In this document: one piece after another, positions 12,933-25,417 of the stretch
Layout: the number at the start of each line of letters is the position of its first letter
Numbering within the stretch: the stretch's first letter is position 1
DNA from: Mobula hypostoma
Lineage: Eukaryota
Length of the DNA: 64,000 nt
Assembly (NCBI RefSeq): GCF_963921235.1
Contig: NC_086109.1
Coordinates: 68,076,001 to 68,140,000 of the forward strand
Direction: 5' to 3'
Made by a program: the position numbers and the translations under genes
The notes under the pieces: model-generated
What the model saw: the letters and a program-made list of their open reading frames with translations, nothing else
Told to the model about the DNA's origin: nothing
Database searches by the model: none

Positions 12933-13332
12933 TAGTACTGTGCAATATCTTTGGCAATGTAAAAATTCTGTAAAGCAACGATGCTTTCAGAAATAATGAA
13001 TTGTAAAGATTCTAAATATCAAAAAGATAAGGAGCAGTAAACAGTAAAAAACTAATCAAATTTGGCGTGACCACCTTTTAGCTTTAAAACTGCATCAATC
13101 CCTTGGGTACACGGCCTTCGCAGTTTTATAAGAAAATCGGCTGGTAGATTGTTCCAAGCATCTTGGAGAACTTGTTACAGTTCTTCTGCAGACATTGGCT
13201 GTCTTCCTTGTTTCCGTCTCTTCAGCTAATCCCAGACAGTGTCGACGATGTTGAGATCAGGGCTCTGTGGAGGTCATACCATCTGAAACTATACAAACAA
13301 TCTAGTGTGCATAAGACTTTTGCACAGTACTG
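12933..13332 (-). mobile_element. Tc1-derived MITE
   Basis: TIRs tagtactgtgcaatatctt / aagacttttgcacagtactg; minus strand reads PPQSPDLNIVDTVWD (Tc1 SPDLN motif). Confidence 0.88.
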
Positions 13333-13559
13333 TGTGTGTGTATATATAAAGTAGATGACTAGAGAGTAAAACATTACATATTTGAATTGAGTTGCATTTT
13401 AAATTGAGTTGGAGCTTATAGTTAAGCGGGAGGAGCATTGTGCATTTAATATTTCAGTAATATTTGAGTAATGTAAAAATATTGTTTGAATAAATATTCT
13501 TTGTGGTTTACATAATTTGTTCTGGGTTTTTATGTAAAAGAACAATAATGGCATATGTC

Positions 13560-14296
13560 TGTATGGGGTCTTTCTTTTTTTTGTATGTTAAATTTAAAAT
13601 GGCCTCTTTGTTATGTTAAATGCTGAGAAAGTCGCCAGCTAGACATTTGCTTGGGTTAATACAGACAGCAGGGTGCTATTAGCCAATGGGTGTTCATGTA
13701 TCGTTTTGTTTTCGGATGATAATGCTGTCTCATATGACTGTGGACAGGGTTTTTGGCAGGGAATCGGAGGAGAGACGAGGAGGACGGTGGACGTGCGGGG
13801 GTTTTTGGCAGGGAGTCGGAGGAGAGATGGGGAGGACGGTGGACGGGGGCTTTTGACAGGGAGTCGGAGGAGAGACGAGGAGGACGGTGGACGTGCGGGG
13901 GTTTTTGGCAGGGAGTCGGAGGGGAGACGGTAAGGATGGTGGACGTGCGGAAAGGCTCCGGTCTATCACTTCGGGTGGTCCTGAGCTGTGAGTCAACAGG
14001 ATCCGGGTGGTCATCAGGAATCGATTGAGCTCCAACGGTTGCGTGCGAAGAACTTGGACTTTGATAAGTCTTGGCGCCTTTTTTTCATTACTTTCTTTTC
14101 TGTATCGAATTTACATTAATGTCATAGACTTAGTAATATCTATAAAGTGTACTTGGTAAAACGTACTAGGTGTGCTGGCTGATGATTGATGTTTGGGATT
14201 GATTCGGGCGGCAACCGACTCCGTGGGAAGCGTCGAGGCAGGCGCTGGGTGGGATTTCCCCTAGACATATACGAGCCAATATACCTGAGCGTTACA
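13560..14296 (+). mobile_element. Solo LTR inserted in the Gypsy 3' LTR
   Basis: TGTA...TACA ends; 4-bp TSD tgtc (13556-13559) / cgtc (14297-14300), a CpG transition; host LTR is continuous across it. Confidence 0.88.
13747..13950 (+). repeat. G-rich ~52-bp minisatellite x4 inside the solo LTR
   Basis: Unit GGGTTTTTGGCAGGGAGTCGGAGGAGAGACGAGGAGGACGGTGGACGTGCGG; the second copy is about 4 nt shorter. Confidence 0.95.
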
Positions 14297-14422
14297 CGTC
14301 ATTACACCACCACACCATAAGTGTGTACCTCACTAAAATAAAGGCAAAGCTGGGACATGCATCTGTGGGCTCCCATCTTTTTCTTTCAATCAGTTCTATA
14401 TTTTGGAGTTACTAAGCATAGT

Positions 14423-14686
14423 GTAGACAAGTTCCTTGTCCTGGAGTTAGAGAACTGTGTATGTGCTTGGGTGGTTTGGAGGGAGGAACGGGGTTTGTTT
14501 TGCTGTTGTTGCTTTGTCTCTTGGTATGTTCTGTTTTGTTCTGCCAAGCATGGTGATGGAACGTGTGGCAATACTTGCAGTCTGCCCTCAGCACATTGTG
14601 AGGTGTGTTGGTTGGTAAAGCAATGGATACATTTTACTGTATGTTTTGATGTACATGTGTACAGTAAATCTAAAGTTGAATCTGAG
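14423..14686 (+). mobile_element. 3' part of non-autonomous retroposon family C
   Basis: Similar to the reverse complement of 61465-61730; tail gtacatgtgtacagtaaatctaaagttgaatctga. Confidence 0.7.
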
Positions 14687-15430
14687 TTAGCTAATGTTAG
14701 TAGTCAAGAAAATGCTTGAAGCTATCATTAAGAAAGAAATAGTGAGACATCTGGATAGAATGTTTCCATCAGGATTGACCCCTCATGGTTTTGATACACT
14801 ATGAATATTTACTGTACTCCACTAATGATTATGCTCCAGCCGTCTCCTCATAAAAACAGACTGATAACTAATAAGGCTATTCAAAACATAATAAAACTTT
14901 CCACATGCTCTCCAACCACCTTGTGTGCACCATTTTAATGATGAGCTCCAAAGTACGCTGCTTTCAGTTGATTAAAAAGGCAGAAAAATAACAAACCAGC
15001 TGAGTAATTATGTGTTTTTCTTTTCATATCGAAGTGATATTTTGTGGATCTGACGTAAAAGTTGCAGGTCTTGAGAACAGCAAGGATGGCAATGAAAGCA
15101 AGCTTCCTGCTAGGCCCAGCCCCAAGAATCCTTCTCAGTTGGGCCTAATTGCTCTTAGCAGGCTAAAAATTGTAGGAGGGGTTTGAGTAAATGAAAAATT
15201 TTGGGATGGAATGAAAATTCTCACAGATTTATTAATTAATAGGCCAGTGCGTAATTTTAAAATGTACCCCTGCTTTTTCGAGAAGCTTGCACACCATTTT
15301 TTGTCCAATGGAACTGTCATCAAGTTTACCAAGAAATCAGAACTTCTGCCTCTGTTCTAGGGCTCAGACAATCAGGCATATGGTGCCACTGAATGTTTCT
15401 CACCACCCTCCTCACCAATGTGTGGGAAAC

Positions 15431-16104
15431 ATTAGATTAGATTAGATTATGAGGACACGCAGTCCTCTTTTATTGTCATTTAGTAATGCATGCATTAAGA
15501 AATGATACAATGTTCCTCCAGTGTGATATCACAGAAACACAAGACAGACCAAGACTGAAAAACTGACAAAAACCACATAATTATAACATATAGTTACAAC
15601 AGTGCAAGCAATACCGTAATTTGATAGAAGAACAGACCATGGGCACGGTAAAAAAAGTCTCAAAGTCTCTCGAAGGTCCCAACATCTCACGCAGACGGTA
15701 GAAGGAAGAAAACTCCCTGCCATGAGCTTCCAGCACCGCAAACTTGCCGATGCAGCATCCTGGAAGCACCCGACCACAGTCCGAAAACTTCGAGCCTCTG
15801 ACTGGCCCTCCGACACCGAGCACTGAGCACCAAGCACCATCTCTGCCAAGCGCTTCGATCCCATCCCGGGCCACCAGCAGCAGGCAAAGCCAAGGATTTG
15901 GGGCCTTTCCCTCCGGAGATTCTCGATCACATAGTAACAGTGGCAGCGAAGCAGGCATTTCAGAAGTTTCTCCAGATGTTCCTCCGTGCTTCTTCACATC
16001 TGTCTCCATCAAATCAGGATTGTGCATGGCCCCTATTTAACAAATACGATATCATTTTACCGGAGAGGCCGCGCACGCTGCGTCGTGCCGCCATCTTGTC
16101 CTCC
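15431..16104 (-). mobile_element. Non-coding retroposon family A, full copy
   Basis: Head CAAGATGGCGGC, tail (AATCT)n after tgacaataaaagagg; closely similar to 34205-34833 and 38520-39129. Confidence 0.9.
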
Positions 16105-16364
16105 CTCCAACCATAACCTTTTAACAACATAGTAGGGGGTCTTGTTGGGTTCAGGGGAGAAATCTCATCAGTCCTATTCACCCTCTGCTAGCTCACCTTA
16201 GTTATTCTCTCTCACACATGTTCTCCAACTCCCCTTTGATTCTTTATTGCTTACAGTAATTGGCTAATTTACCAGAATGTGTTTGGAACATAAGAATGCC
16301 ACGAAATAGAGTGTCCCAGGAGAACAAGTATATGATTTGCTGCAAGTGACATTACAGGTACTAT

Positions 16365-16945
16365 AGATCGGGTGGTGAAGAAGACATTTGACATGCTCAC
16401 CTTCTGTATAGAACTTGGGACATTATATGGCAGATATTCCAGGCATCAGTAAGACTGCACCTGGAGTATTCAGTATTATTTTGGTCAACATGTTGTGGAA
16501 AAGGCATCATTAAACTTGAATAAGTGCGGAGAAGATTGATGAGGATGCAGCCCGGAATCGAGGGACGGAGTTGCGGGAGAGACTGGGCAGGCTAGGATTT
16601 TATTTCTTGGAATTTAGGAGACCTTACAGAGATTGTATAAAGTCAGGATAGGTATAGATAGGTTGAATTCACATCGTCTTTCTTCCAAGGAAGGGGAACT
16701 AAAAACTAGAAGGCATAGGTTTAAGAGGTGAAAGATATATAAGGGATTTGAGGGTGGAATGAGCTGCCAGATGAAATGGCTGAGTCAGGTTCAATAATAG
16801 AAGACATTTACATAAGTACATGAATAGAAGGGGTTTAGAGTGATATGGGCCAAAACGCAGGCAAGTAGGTGGGCACCATGGTTGGCAAGGACGAGTTTGG
16901 CTGAAGGGCGTTTCCATGCTGGATTACTCGACGCTTCAATGGGTG
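16365..16945 (+). mobile_element. Decayed CR1 3' fragment
   Basis: gcacctggagtatt, aaaactagaaggcataggtttaag, and 3' UTR ggctgaagggcgtttccatgctg. Confidence 0.75.
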
Positions 16946-18304
16946 GAAACAGCAGTGCCGGAGGGGGTACCTCCATGGTCACAGAAAGAACGCAGCAAGT
17001 TCATCAGTGGTTGGGTTGAATCCAGGTCTTTGGAGCTACAGGGCAGCAGCTCTATCTGCTGTGCCATGTTGCCGTACTTATTTGCATTTCCAAATGTTTT
17101 CTTTTGTTCCAGTGATTGACGGGCAGAGTATGGACTGTGGAACATGAACAAAGCAGTTGGTATGATACATTTATTAGAGAATGGAGTATGGAGGCAACAT
17201 GAATAGGATGATTAGAATAAGGCAAATTTGAAAAAGTCAAAGTTGAGTTTATTGTCATGCACAAGTACATATATGCACAGACGCAATGAAAAACTTACTT
17301 GCAGTAGCATCACATAGAATCAGATACGTAATGTTCACCAAAAAAAAAACACAAATTAAACACAAATTATACAGGCAAGAACACAATTAGGACAGAATAA
17401 GGCAAAGTCCATTGCCGTGCAATATTACCAAAGTGGTCATTGTGTTGCTTTACAGAGGTAGTGATCAGGATTGTGCAGACTGGTTTAAAGAACCAAATGG
17501 TTAAAGGGAAGTTACTGTTCTTGAAACAGGTTGCTTGGAACTTGAAGCTTCTGTTAAGTAGGAAATTAGGTAGTATCTAAAGGTTTATTTTTGTGCTGAA
17601 GGTTCTAGGTAAACAATGTTTGGATCTGCTGTGTACTCAATGGTTAACATCACAGATTGTTTGAACTCATACAACAGATATAAGTTAAGGGCACATTTCT
17701 GCAGGTAGCAAGTATGAGAAACATGGTCCACAGTCCTTCTCAAGTGATGGAACTGAAGATTGTTGGTCTTCAACCTGCAGTGTCCAGACTGCAATTGCAA
17801 ATGTGCAGAGGCCAAATTCAAGTCGTTGCTGACCCATTCATATGAAAATGGGCCTTATTCTTAACATCCACAAAACTTAATGTACAGGCAGGGTTCACAA
17901 CAAGTCAATGGAAAATGTGGATCATTTCCGATTTTACAGGAATGACCTCTGAATATCACTGCCTCATTACTGCTAAAGAAATAGAAAACCTGCAGTCTAC
18001 TCATTAGGAACACCCGTGAAACAAAAGAATAAGGCAAAAGAAATCCATCACTACCCAAACTATTCATCCTATTAAACACCTCTGCCCTACCTATGGCAGA
18101 CAGTAGGCTCCCACAGTAGCCTCACCAGCCAATAAGAATCCACAGAATTAAAGGGCGATCCTCAATGTGAAGGTCTACTTAAGAGGTAGCAAGGTTTCTC
18201 TCAGTGGATGCCATTTCAAACAGAGAACCAATGAATCTTTGCAAAGATGGTTTGTAGGACTTGATTGAAACAGGTTGGAAATGTGGCGGCATCACAGAGT
18301 GTAA

Positions 18305-18775
18305 TGTGTGATGCCATCCCATCCATCATCAGAGATCCCCACCACATAGGTCATGCTCTCTTCTCACTGCTGCCATCAGGAAGAAGGTACAGGAGCATCA
18401 GGACTCACACCACTAGGTTCAGGAACAGCTATTAACCCTCAATCATCAGCCTCTTGAACCAAAGGGGAAAGTGACACTGAAGTTCACTTGCTCCATCACT
18501 GAAATGTTCCCACAACTGATGGACTCACTTTAAAAGACTCTTCATCTCATGTTCTTGATAGTTATTTATTAATTACTGTTATTCCTTTCTTTTTGTATTT
18601 GCACAGTTTATTGTCTTTTGCATATTGGTTGTATGCTCAGTTGGTGAGGTCTTTCATTGATTCTATTATGGTTATTGGAATTATTGAGTATGTCCACAAG
18701 AAAATGAAACTCAGGGGTTGTATACGGTGATTTATATGTACTTTGATAATAAAATTATTTTGAACTTTGAACTTT
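18305..18775 (+). mobile_element. Rex1/Babar-type LINE 3' end
   Basis: Translates SIIRDPHHIGHALFSLLPSGRRYRSIRTHTTRFRNS; 3' UTR ends aataaa...(TTTGAAC)n. Confidence 0.85.
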
Positions 18776-18806
18776 TAATGAATGAACAGCCAAGCAATGT
18801 CTAGAC

Positions 18807-18878
18807 CCAATTTCTTTTATGCCATGGATAAAATAAATTTATCGGAGGGGTCTGTGGACCCTAGGTTGGGAACCCCTG
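18807..18878. mobile_element. hAT (Charlie/MER5-type) MITE remnant
   Basis: Right terminus ggttgggaacccctg; 8-bp TSD gtctagac / gtctagat (NTCTAGAN preference); left terminus partly deleted. Confidence 0.75.
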
Positions 18879-19047
18879 GTCTAGATAAAGGGAACAAAGC
18901 AATGTAGAACAAATATGTTATGCAGATAGATGGTGCTCAGTTGGAGAATGAGTAGAATCAATAAACTTATGAAGGAGAAGGTAATTTCCTCCTATTGATG
19001 AGAGAATTCCATGGAGGATCTCAAAGGTCAGTAGCAAGGCATTTGAA

Positions 19048-19493
19048 TATGACCGAAGGGCCAAGACAGAGAGACACTGAAGTGAGTCAACAGTTCATAG
19101 ATTTCAACGCGAACTCTGCAGGATTTTAAGGGAAAGGAAAACAATAAATGCTAGGCTAACAGGGCTGTTGACTAAAACTCTCAAACTTAAAACTGGATGC
19201 CAACACTGCGGCTGAACCCAATATCTAAATACTAAATGAATACCGCTCGCCTCCAGCATCAGTCAGCGCGATACTCCTCTTTCTCAGACAAGGGTGAAGG
19301 AATGCAGGGAGTGTAATGTTGCTGTGCTTTCTCAAGTTTTCACAAGGCTACAACAAAAAGGAGGGAGTTAAATACCGCCATAATAAAACAGTAATTAGAT
19401 GGAATATGCATATTCCCAAACACCATTGCCAAATCTGCTGTGCAGCCCACCTATGGGTCATGTCGACCTTGCAGCAGAATCCGTGGTTGTGAA
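19048..19493 (-). mobile_element. Possible decayed solo LTR
   Basis: tatgac...gtgaaa ends resemble TG...CA termini, but no convincing TSD. Confidence 0.3.
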
Positions 19494-22008
19494 AGACAGA
19501 AACATTCTTTAGAGGTTGGTGTGCTCTCTACTCTCTCTGTATTTAGTTATTTCCAAGTTTCCAAGTTTGCTCCATGAAAAATGACATTGTAAGTTGCCTT
19601 ACATGTGATCGACAAGGTGTGGACTCTGGTCATTGCTAACGCCCCACCCTCCCAGATACATGGAATTGGGAAACTGTTCAATTCTTGGAAACTGGAAGGG
19701 AATTTTTTGTGCAAATAATTTCTGAATAAACACATGGTGGAAGTTCAGGGTAAGTACAGCAACTACCATGGAGATATGAAATAAATTATTCATTGTAAAT
19801 ATCAGAAATAAGTTTGGGCTTTCTTCTTTTGAATATGTTAGGTGATATTATAGAGATTAAGTAAGATATTAACTTGTAAGCAGCACTTTCAAATTACTTC
19901 ACTGATATGGAAAAAATCTATAAAAATTTGTCAGTTTTAAACTTGTAGAGTTCTGTCTCCTCTGCTGAGAATATTGAAATATTTTTCATAAAGCTGTCAT
20001 AGTGCTGATTCTCCACTTTGGTTGGTTTTGTGAATTGGACTCATTGTTTACTGGCCATTTTCATTGTCACATTTTTTTGATCTCATTGATATGCTGCTGA
20101 TAATCTTGTGTGGCTCTGGAAACTTTGGAGAGTTTGATGTCACATTGTAGGTCTGAACTTGCAGTATCTTGTTGATATTCTATAGTTGGATAAAGTTGCG
20201 TTGTTAAGCTTTGAGGGAAGGTTTAAAGTTCTTTTGTTGAACCGGTCATGTTGGCATTAAGTTTTTAGATGGATAACTTATCCATGCATAAAAAGTTTGC
20301 TTTTCTACCATAAAATCTCCTAGTAATTAAGTATAGAAGGAGAACTTCAAAGATAAAACAGGGTTATATTTCTTGGTAATCTTCAGAAACAGTTAAGCAT
20401 TTTGTTAGGAGATTATCATTGTTTAATCCTTTTACCTGGTTGGCATCATTCCATTATAACACAGTAGCTGCTACCTGACCTGCTGAGTTTCATCAGCATT
20501 TTGTATGAGTTGCTCTGGATTTCCAGCATTTGTAGAATCTCTTGTGCTTACAGTAAACACGGTATTCAAATATCTTTGACCAAATGTATGAATATAAGTC
20601 CCAGTGCCAACAGAGTTATCTGGTCTCTCCCCATGGAAGTTTCATGATAAATATTTTCTGCTGTACTTAGTCTACATTCACCATTCAATGAGAGAGAAAA
20701 TAATTGAATTTATGGTGATCTGGGTTTGGGCAATGGCACCCGAAAGACTGGAAGAATAATCTTTCAAACCCCAATTAACAACAATCTGGAACATTTAAGT
20801 TTACACCAAGGATATGATAATCAATCATGTGTTGTCCCATCAACAGCATTGTGTGTTCTCTAGCAGTGTGCTCTAGGGACAACAGGCAAGGTGTCAACTA
20901 TATTTGCTTATAATAATGGCACTTAGAATTAATTCAACTTTCATGTGTTTTAATGGGCATGCAAACTCGTCATTATTGCCACAATTAATCTGATGCCAAT
21001 TTTACTTTGGTTTAGAACAGAGATGCAAGGCAATGTCTGAAAGAGTATTCTGATAACAACAGATTATGTTTGCACACTTTCAGCATATGAATGGTTATCT
21101 CAAGCTGGAAGGGCTTGCTTCAGAGCTCCATTGTTCAAGTCAACTTCTCTAATGTTGTTCTGCCTGCACATATAGCTATCTATTATTGTAGATACAGTTG
21201 AGGGAAATTTATATAAGGATTATTAGTTACGTTATCATGTTCCATACCCAACAGAGCCATTAACAGGGAAAAAGGTGCTTAGTTACACTTCATGCAAAGC
21301 ATGGGAATGATTCCAAGAACATGACTTTTCAGTACAGAAACATGTTCGAGCTAATCTAGCATTTTTTTCACTGAGTTCTGTATTTAATCACTCATGTTGA
21401 GTTATTTTTCAGCAGCAAGCAATATAAGGATATTGCACATAAAATCTTAGTCTTGAGTACTCTGGCCAAAGCATATTTAGTAATTCAGCAGGGTACTTGA
21501 AAGGGAAAAGTTTGCAACCGCTATACAGAAAGAGTCAGGGAGTAAGGCTAATTGGGTCAATCTTTCGAAGAGTTAGAATAGCTTTAAAGGACTGAATAGC
21601 CTTCTTCTGTGTTGAGTACTTCAAACCTTTCAGCACTTAAGTTTGAAAATGGAATGGAAGACTCCATTGTTCTATCCAAGATCAAACACACGGTAAAAAA
21701 AAACTTGCAAACTGCATGTGTTTGAACTTTAACTACTGCACAGTATAAGTCATCTATGACTTTGTAAGTGTCATCACTGAAGCAATTGGCTTTGGGATTG
21801 CTCAAATGAAGATAATGAACCAAGAGGTTCAAAACTATTGGAAAAAATTGCCCATCACCAACTCTCCAGATGAACTGTGTACATAACTAATTGCTGTCCA
21901 TTGATCAAGTTAGAACAATGTGATACTCAGTCCTGGTCTATTGTGGACTAATTGCCAAGGTCCAAGTGTGTCACAGTGCCCCTGATGGATATAGTGAAGC
22001 ATTTAGCC

Positions 22009-25000
22009 TGTAGGGTAATGTAGTTAATGGAAACATGCAGAATTCACAACCACTAACTATGGGTTGTGTTCACTTTAAGAGACAGGTCTGATGTGATGAG
22101 GTAATTACGTAAAGGACTTTTACAATGCTTGGTGTTCAGTGTTTTAATGTTCAATAAACGAATTGCTACGTTTCTTCTTAATCGTAAAATGCCTTCGTGT
22201 TTTCGCAAACAGGATGCTCCAGGATGATTTCAGAGATATTGAACATATCAGCCAATGCAGTCACTTTTTAATTGCTGGAGATTTGGGAGCAAAATGCCAT
22301 TGCTTGGCTTGTGCAGGCCAAGATCCAATTCGCGCTGTGAGAAATCTCAGCCAACAGCGCCAAATATTTCTACGTGGCAGCTTGGCTCAGCAACTCTATG
22401 GCTGTAGGAGTAGCGAGTGTGCTGGAACACCCACCTGAGCACGATAATGCCGATAGCTGAAAGCTCACCTTTTACACACTTCTGGACCTTTGGAGTCTGA
22501 GAGCGCCAAACAGCTGCTCTCTTTGTCTGGTCTTGGAGTTGCTAGGCCTTTGAAGCTTGGACCATGTGCTCTCTCTCCTGGGAAATCACCATCCTTGTTT
22601 TATTTTTAAAGAACTATTCATTCAGCAAATGCCCAATCAAGTTTGCATAGTCCTTGCTAATTCACCCATGCAGGACTATATGGAGCTTGCTAAAATAGCT
22701 AATAGTCTATAGTTAGCTAGGCAGTGGTGCATCATTCCTCCTCCTTTCTGTACCTCAAAAAGCCTGGTCAGAAAAGCTCCCAACATGAGGATACTTGTGG
22801 CAGCAAAACATACAATTCCAGGCCTGTGTTTTTACAATGTTTATTTTGGTATGAACACTAGGAAGTGCTGACCACCTTGCAGCTTTGACAGTGCCAGTGC
22901 ATCAGGAAATCAGAGGTCTGTGAACACCATGGGTTCCAGCTGCCAAGGTTATCTACTGTTCATTATGGACATCCATTCAGGGCGATGCTTCCTGTGTGAC
23001 ATGGGTGCTCAGGTGACTGTGCTGCCAGCGTCACCTATTGATGAGAAGGCAAAGAACGATGAAACCTCGCTGGAGGCTGCCAATGGCAGCTGGATCCAGA
23101 CTTACAGGGCACGATGGGTGACTTGGAAAATAGCCCCTGAGCTTTGCCCCTCCATATGGTTCCTAAGTCCAATGGTGGTTGCTGCCCATATGGCGATTAC
23201 CAACACTTCAACAAGGCCACCGCTCCCCGACCGTTACCTGGTCCCAAACATCCAAGACTAATTGGCAGGTTTAGCCGGAAAATTAATTTTGTTTGCCCTG
23301 TATTGGCCTCTTTGAGTTTATGTGTGTGCCATTTGGACTGAAAAATGCAGCACATACTTTCTAATGGCTGATAGATTCTGTATTAAAAGACAGATTTTCT
23401 TTTTGTTTACCCAGATGACATACTTGTCACCAGTGCATCCAAATCTGAACATGACTCTCATCTCCCCATATTTTTTGAGTGCTTAAGCCACCATGGAGTG
23501 ATTATTAACCCTGCTAAATGCCAGTTTGGGTTATCATCCATTGACTGTCTTGGCATCGCATCTCCGCAGAATGTGCAAAGCTCCTTCCATCAAAAGGAGC
23601 TGCTATTATGGATTTCCCATTGCCCTGCACTACTAAAAAACTACAGGAGTTTTTAGGCATGGTGAATTTCTATCACCGCTTCATTCCAAGAGCTGCTGAA
23701 ATAATGCTTCCCCTGTATAGTGTGGTTATAGGCAAGTGCTTGACTGCTTAACGGACATGAGCAATGCATTTGATGATACCAAACAAACTTTTTCCAATGC
23801 GACCCAATGGCGCATCCCCTCCCCAACACACCTATAGCCATTACTACTGACGCTTCAGACTATGCTGTGAGTGCTGTGCATGAATAGTTGATCAGAGGCA
23901 TGTGGCAGCTACTTGCCTTCTTCAGCCGGCAGCTCCATCCCTCAAAAGGAAATACAGCACGTTCAATCATGAGCTTCTTCATCTCTATCTAGCTGTCCAT
24001 TGTTTTCATTTTCTTCTAAAGGGTCGCCATTTCACAGCGTTCCTTGACCACAAGCCCCTCGTGCATGCGATGACCAAAATATCAGACTCTTGGTCTGCAC
24101 GGCAGCAACACCAAATGGCCTACATAACCTCACAGAAACTGGTTGCACTGCCTAAGAAAGGACGTGTGTGATTGGACTGCAGTTGTGTGGAGTGCCGTTG
24201 TGCAAAAATTAACCGTCATGTCCAGATGCCATTGGCACCTTTTGAGGTCCCTGAGCGATGGTTTAATCATGTCAATGTGGACCTTGTTGGTCCTCTTCCC
24301 TCCTCCCGTAGTTTCACACACCTCCTTCCCAGGTGGACAGAGGTCGAACCCCTATCATCAAAGATGGCCACAAATGTGCCTCGGATATTCATCAGCACCT
24401 GGACTGCATGATTCACAACCCCATCTGATATTCCCTCTGAGGGTGGTCCCCAATTCATATCAGACCACTGGGGTGCGATGGCCTAGAACCTTGGCATTAA
24501 GCTACATCACACCACAGCATATCACCTTCAGTCCAATGGTCTATAAGAGTGGTTTAACTGCTTCTTAAAGGCTGCTCTGAAGCTTCCCTGTTGACATGAT
24601 CATCTTCTGTGGGTCCTGCTGAGGCTCAGACAGCTCTACATGAGAACCTGCAGTCGCTCATGTCTGAGTAGGTGTACGGACAGCCATTACAAGTGTCGGG
24701 TGATTTTATTCCAGATGCCATGGCCACCTGGCCGGCCTCTCAACAGCATTCCACCCTCCTCTGTAAATTCAATTCCTTTACACTTACTCCTACCTCACAA
24801 CGTGGCATACAAAACTCTTGGGTTACTGTTGACCTATATCTTGCCTCATTTGTTTTTGTCCATCATAAAACACACCGACATCCCCTTAGGCTCTCTTACA
24901 GTGGCCTGTTCTGTGTTTTGGAATGAAAAGAAAAGGCTTTTATCATACATAAGAGGGGTAAACCTGAATGTGTTTTGGTAGATTGCCTTAAACCAGCCCA

Positions 25001-25417
25001 CCAAGACGTGGAGGATTCCACTACAATGCCCATGCTGTCACGACATGGCCAAGAGTGTGTCAACACAGTTCTGGATAAGCCAGAGGCACCTGTTGTTCCT
25101 CCACCCATGGAACATAGGACCTAAGCTGGACGACTGGACTGAGCTCCAGACAGGCTCACAATGCCTGTCTTAGTGAATTCTGGGTGGGTGGGGGGGGGGC
25201 TGTGTGGGGCAATGTGATTTGTGGAAATGTACAGAATTCACAATCACCAACATTGAGCTGGGGTTCACTTTAAGAGGCTGGTCTGACGTGATGAGGTAAT
25301 TATGTGAAGGAATTTTACCACACTTGGTGTTCAGCTTTTTTGGCATTCAATAAATGAGTTGCTATGTTTTTCCTTAACCATAAGACACCTCCGCTGTTTT
25401 ATTTGTGAAAACCAACA
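22009..25417 (+). mobile_element. Decayed Gypsy LTR retrotransposon (gag-PR-RT-RH-IN remnants)
   Basis: LTRs 22009-~22200 and 25203-25417; TSD agcc/agct; G-rich PPT at 25181-25199. Gag WLVQAKIQF, protease FLCDMGAQ, RT YPDDILV, RNase H TTDASDYAV, integrase FNHVNVDLVGPLP. Confidence 0.92.

Larger units (their letters stand above)
10346..14422 (+). mobile_element. Decayed, internally deleted Gypsy LTR retrotransposon with three nested insertions
   Basis: 5' LTR 10346-10593 (TGT...ACA). PBS TGGTGATGAGGATGGG, the CpG-decayed complement of the tRNA-Ser(GCT) 3' end. RT QCYLDDIII at about 11102-11128; RNase H IDREAL. PPT aagcgggaggag at about 13424-13435. 3' LTR 13436-13559 + 14297-14422. Confidence 0.88.

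Noticed and set aside
13747-13950. CRISPR-like array
   Set aside because: Head-to-tail repeats without unique spacers, inside a eukaryotic LTR.
15529-16116. Overlapping 70-150 aa ORFs in family A (also 34372-34718, 38648-39117)
   Set aside because: Frames are not preserved among the three copies; a by-product of GC-rich sequence.
19800-21500. AT-rich unique stretch as possible exons or conserved elements
   Set aside because: No ORF, splice pattern or recognisable motif; conservation cannot be judged without alignments.
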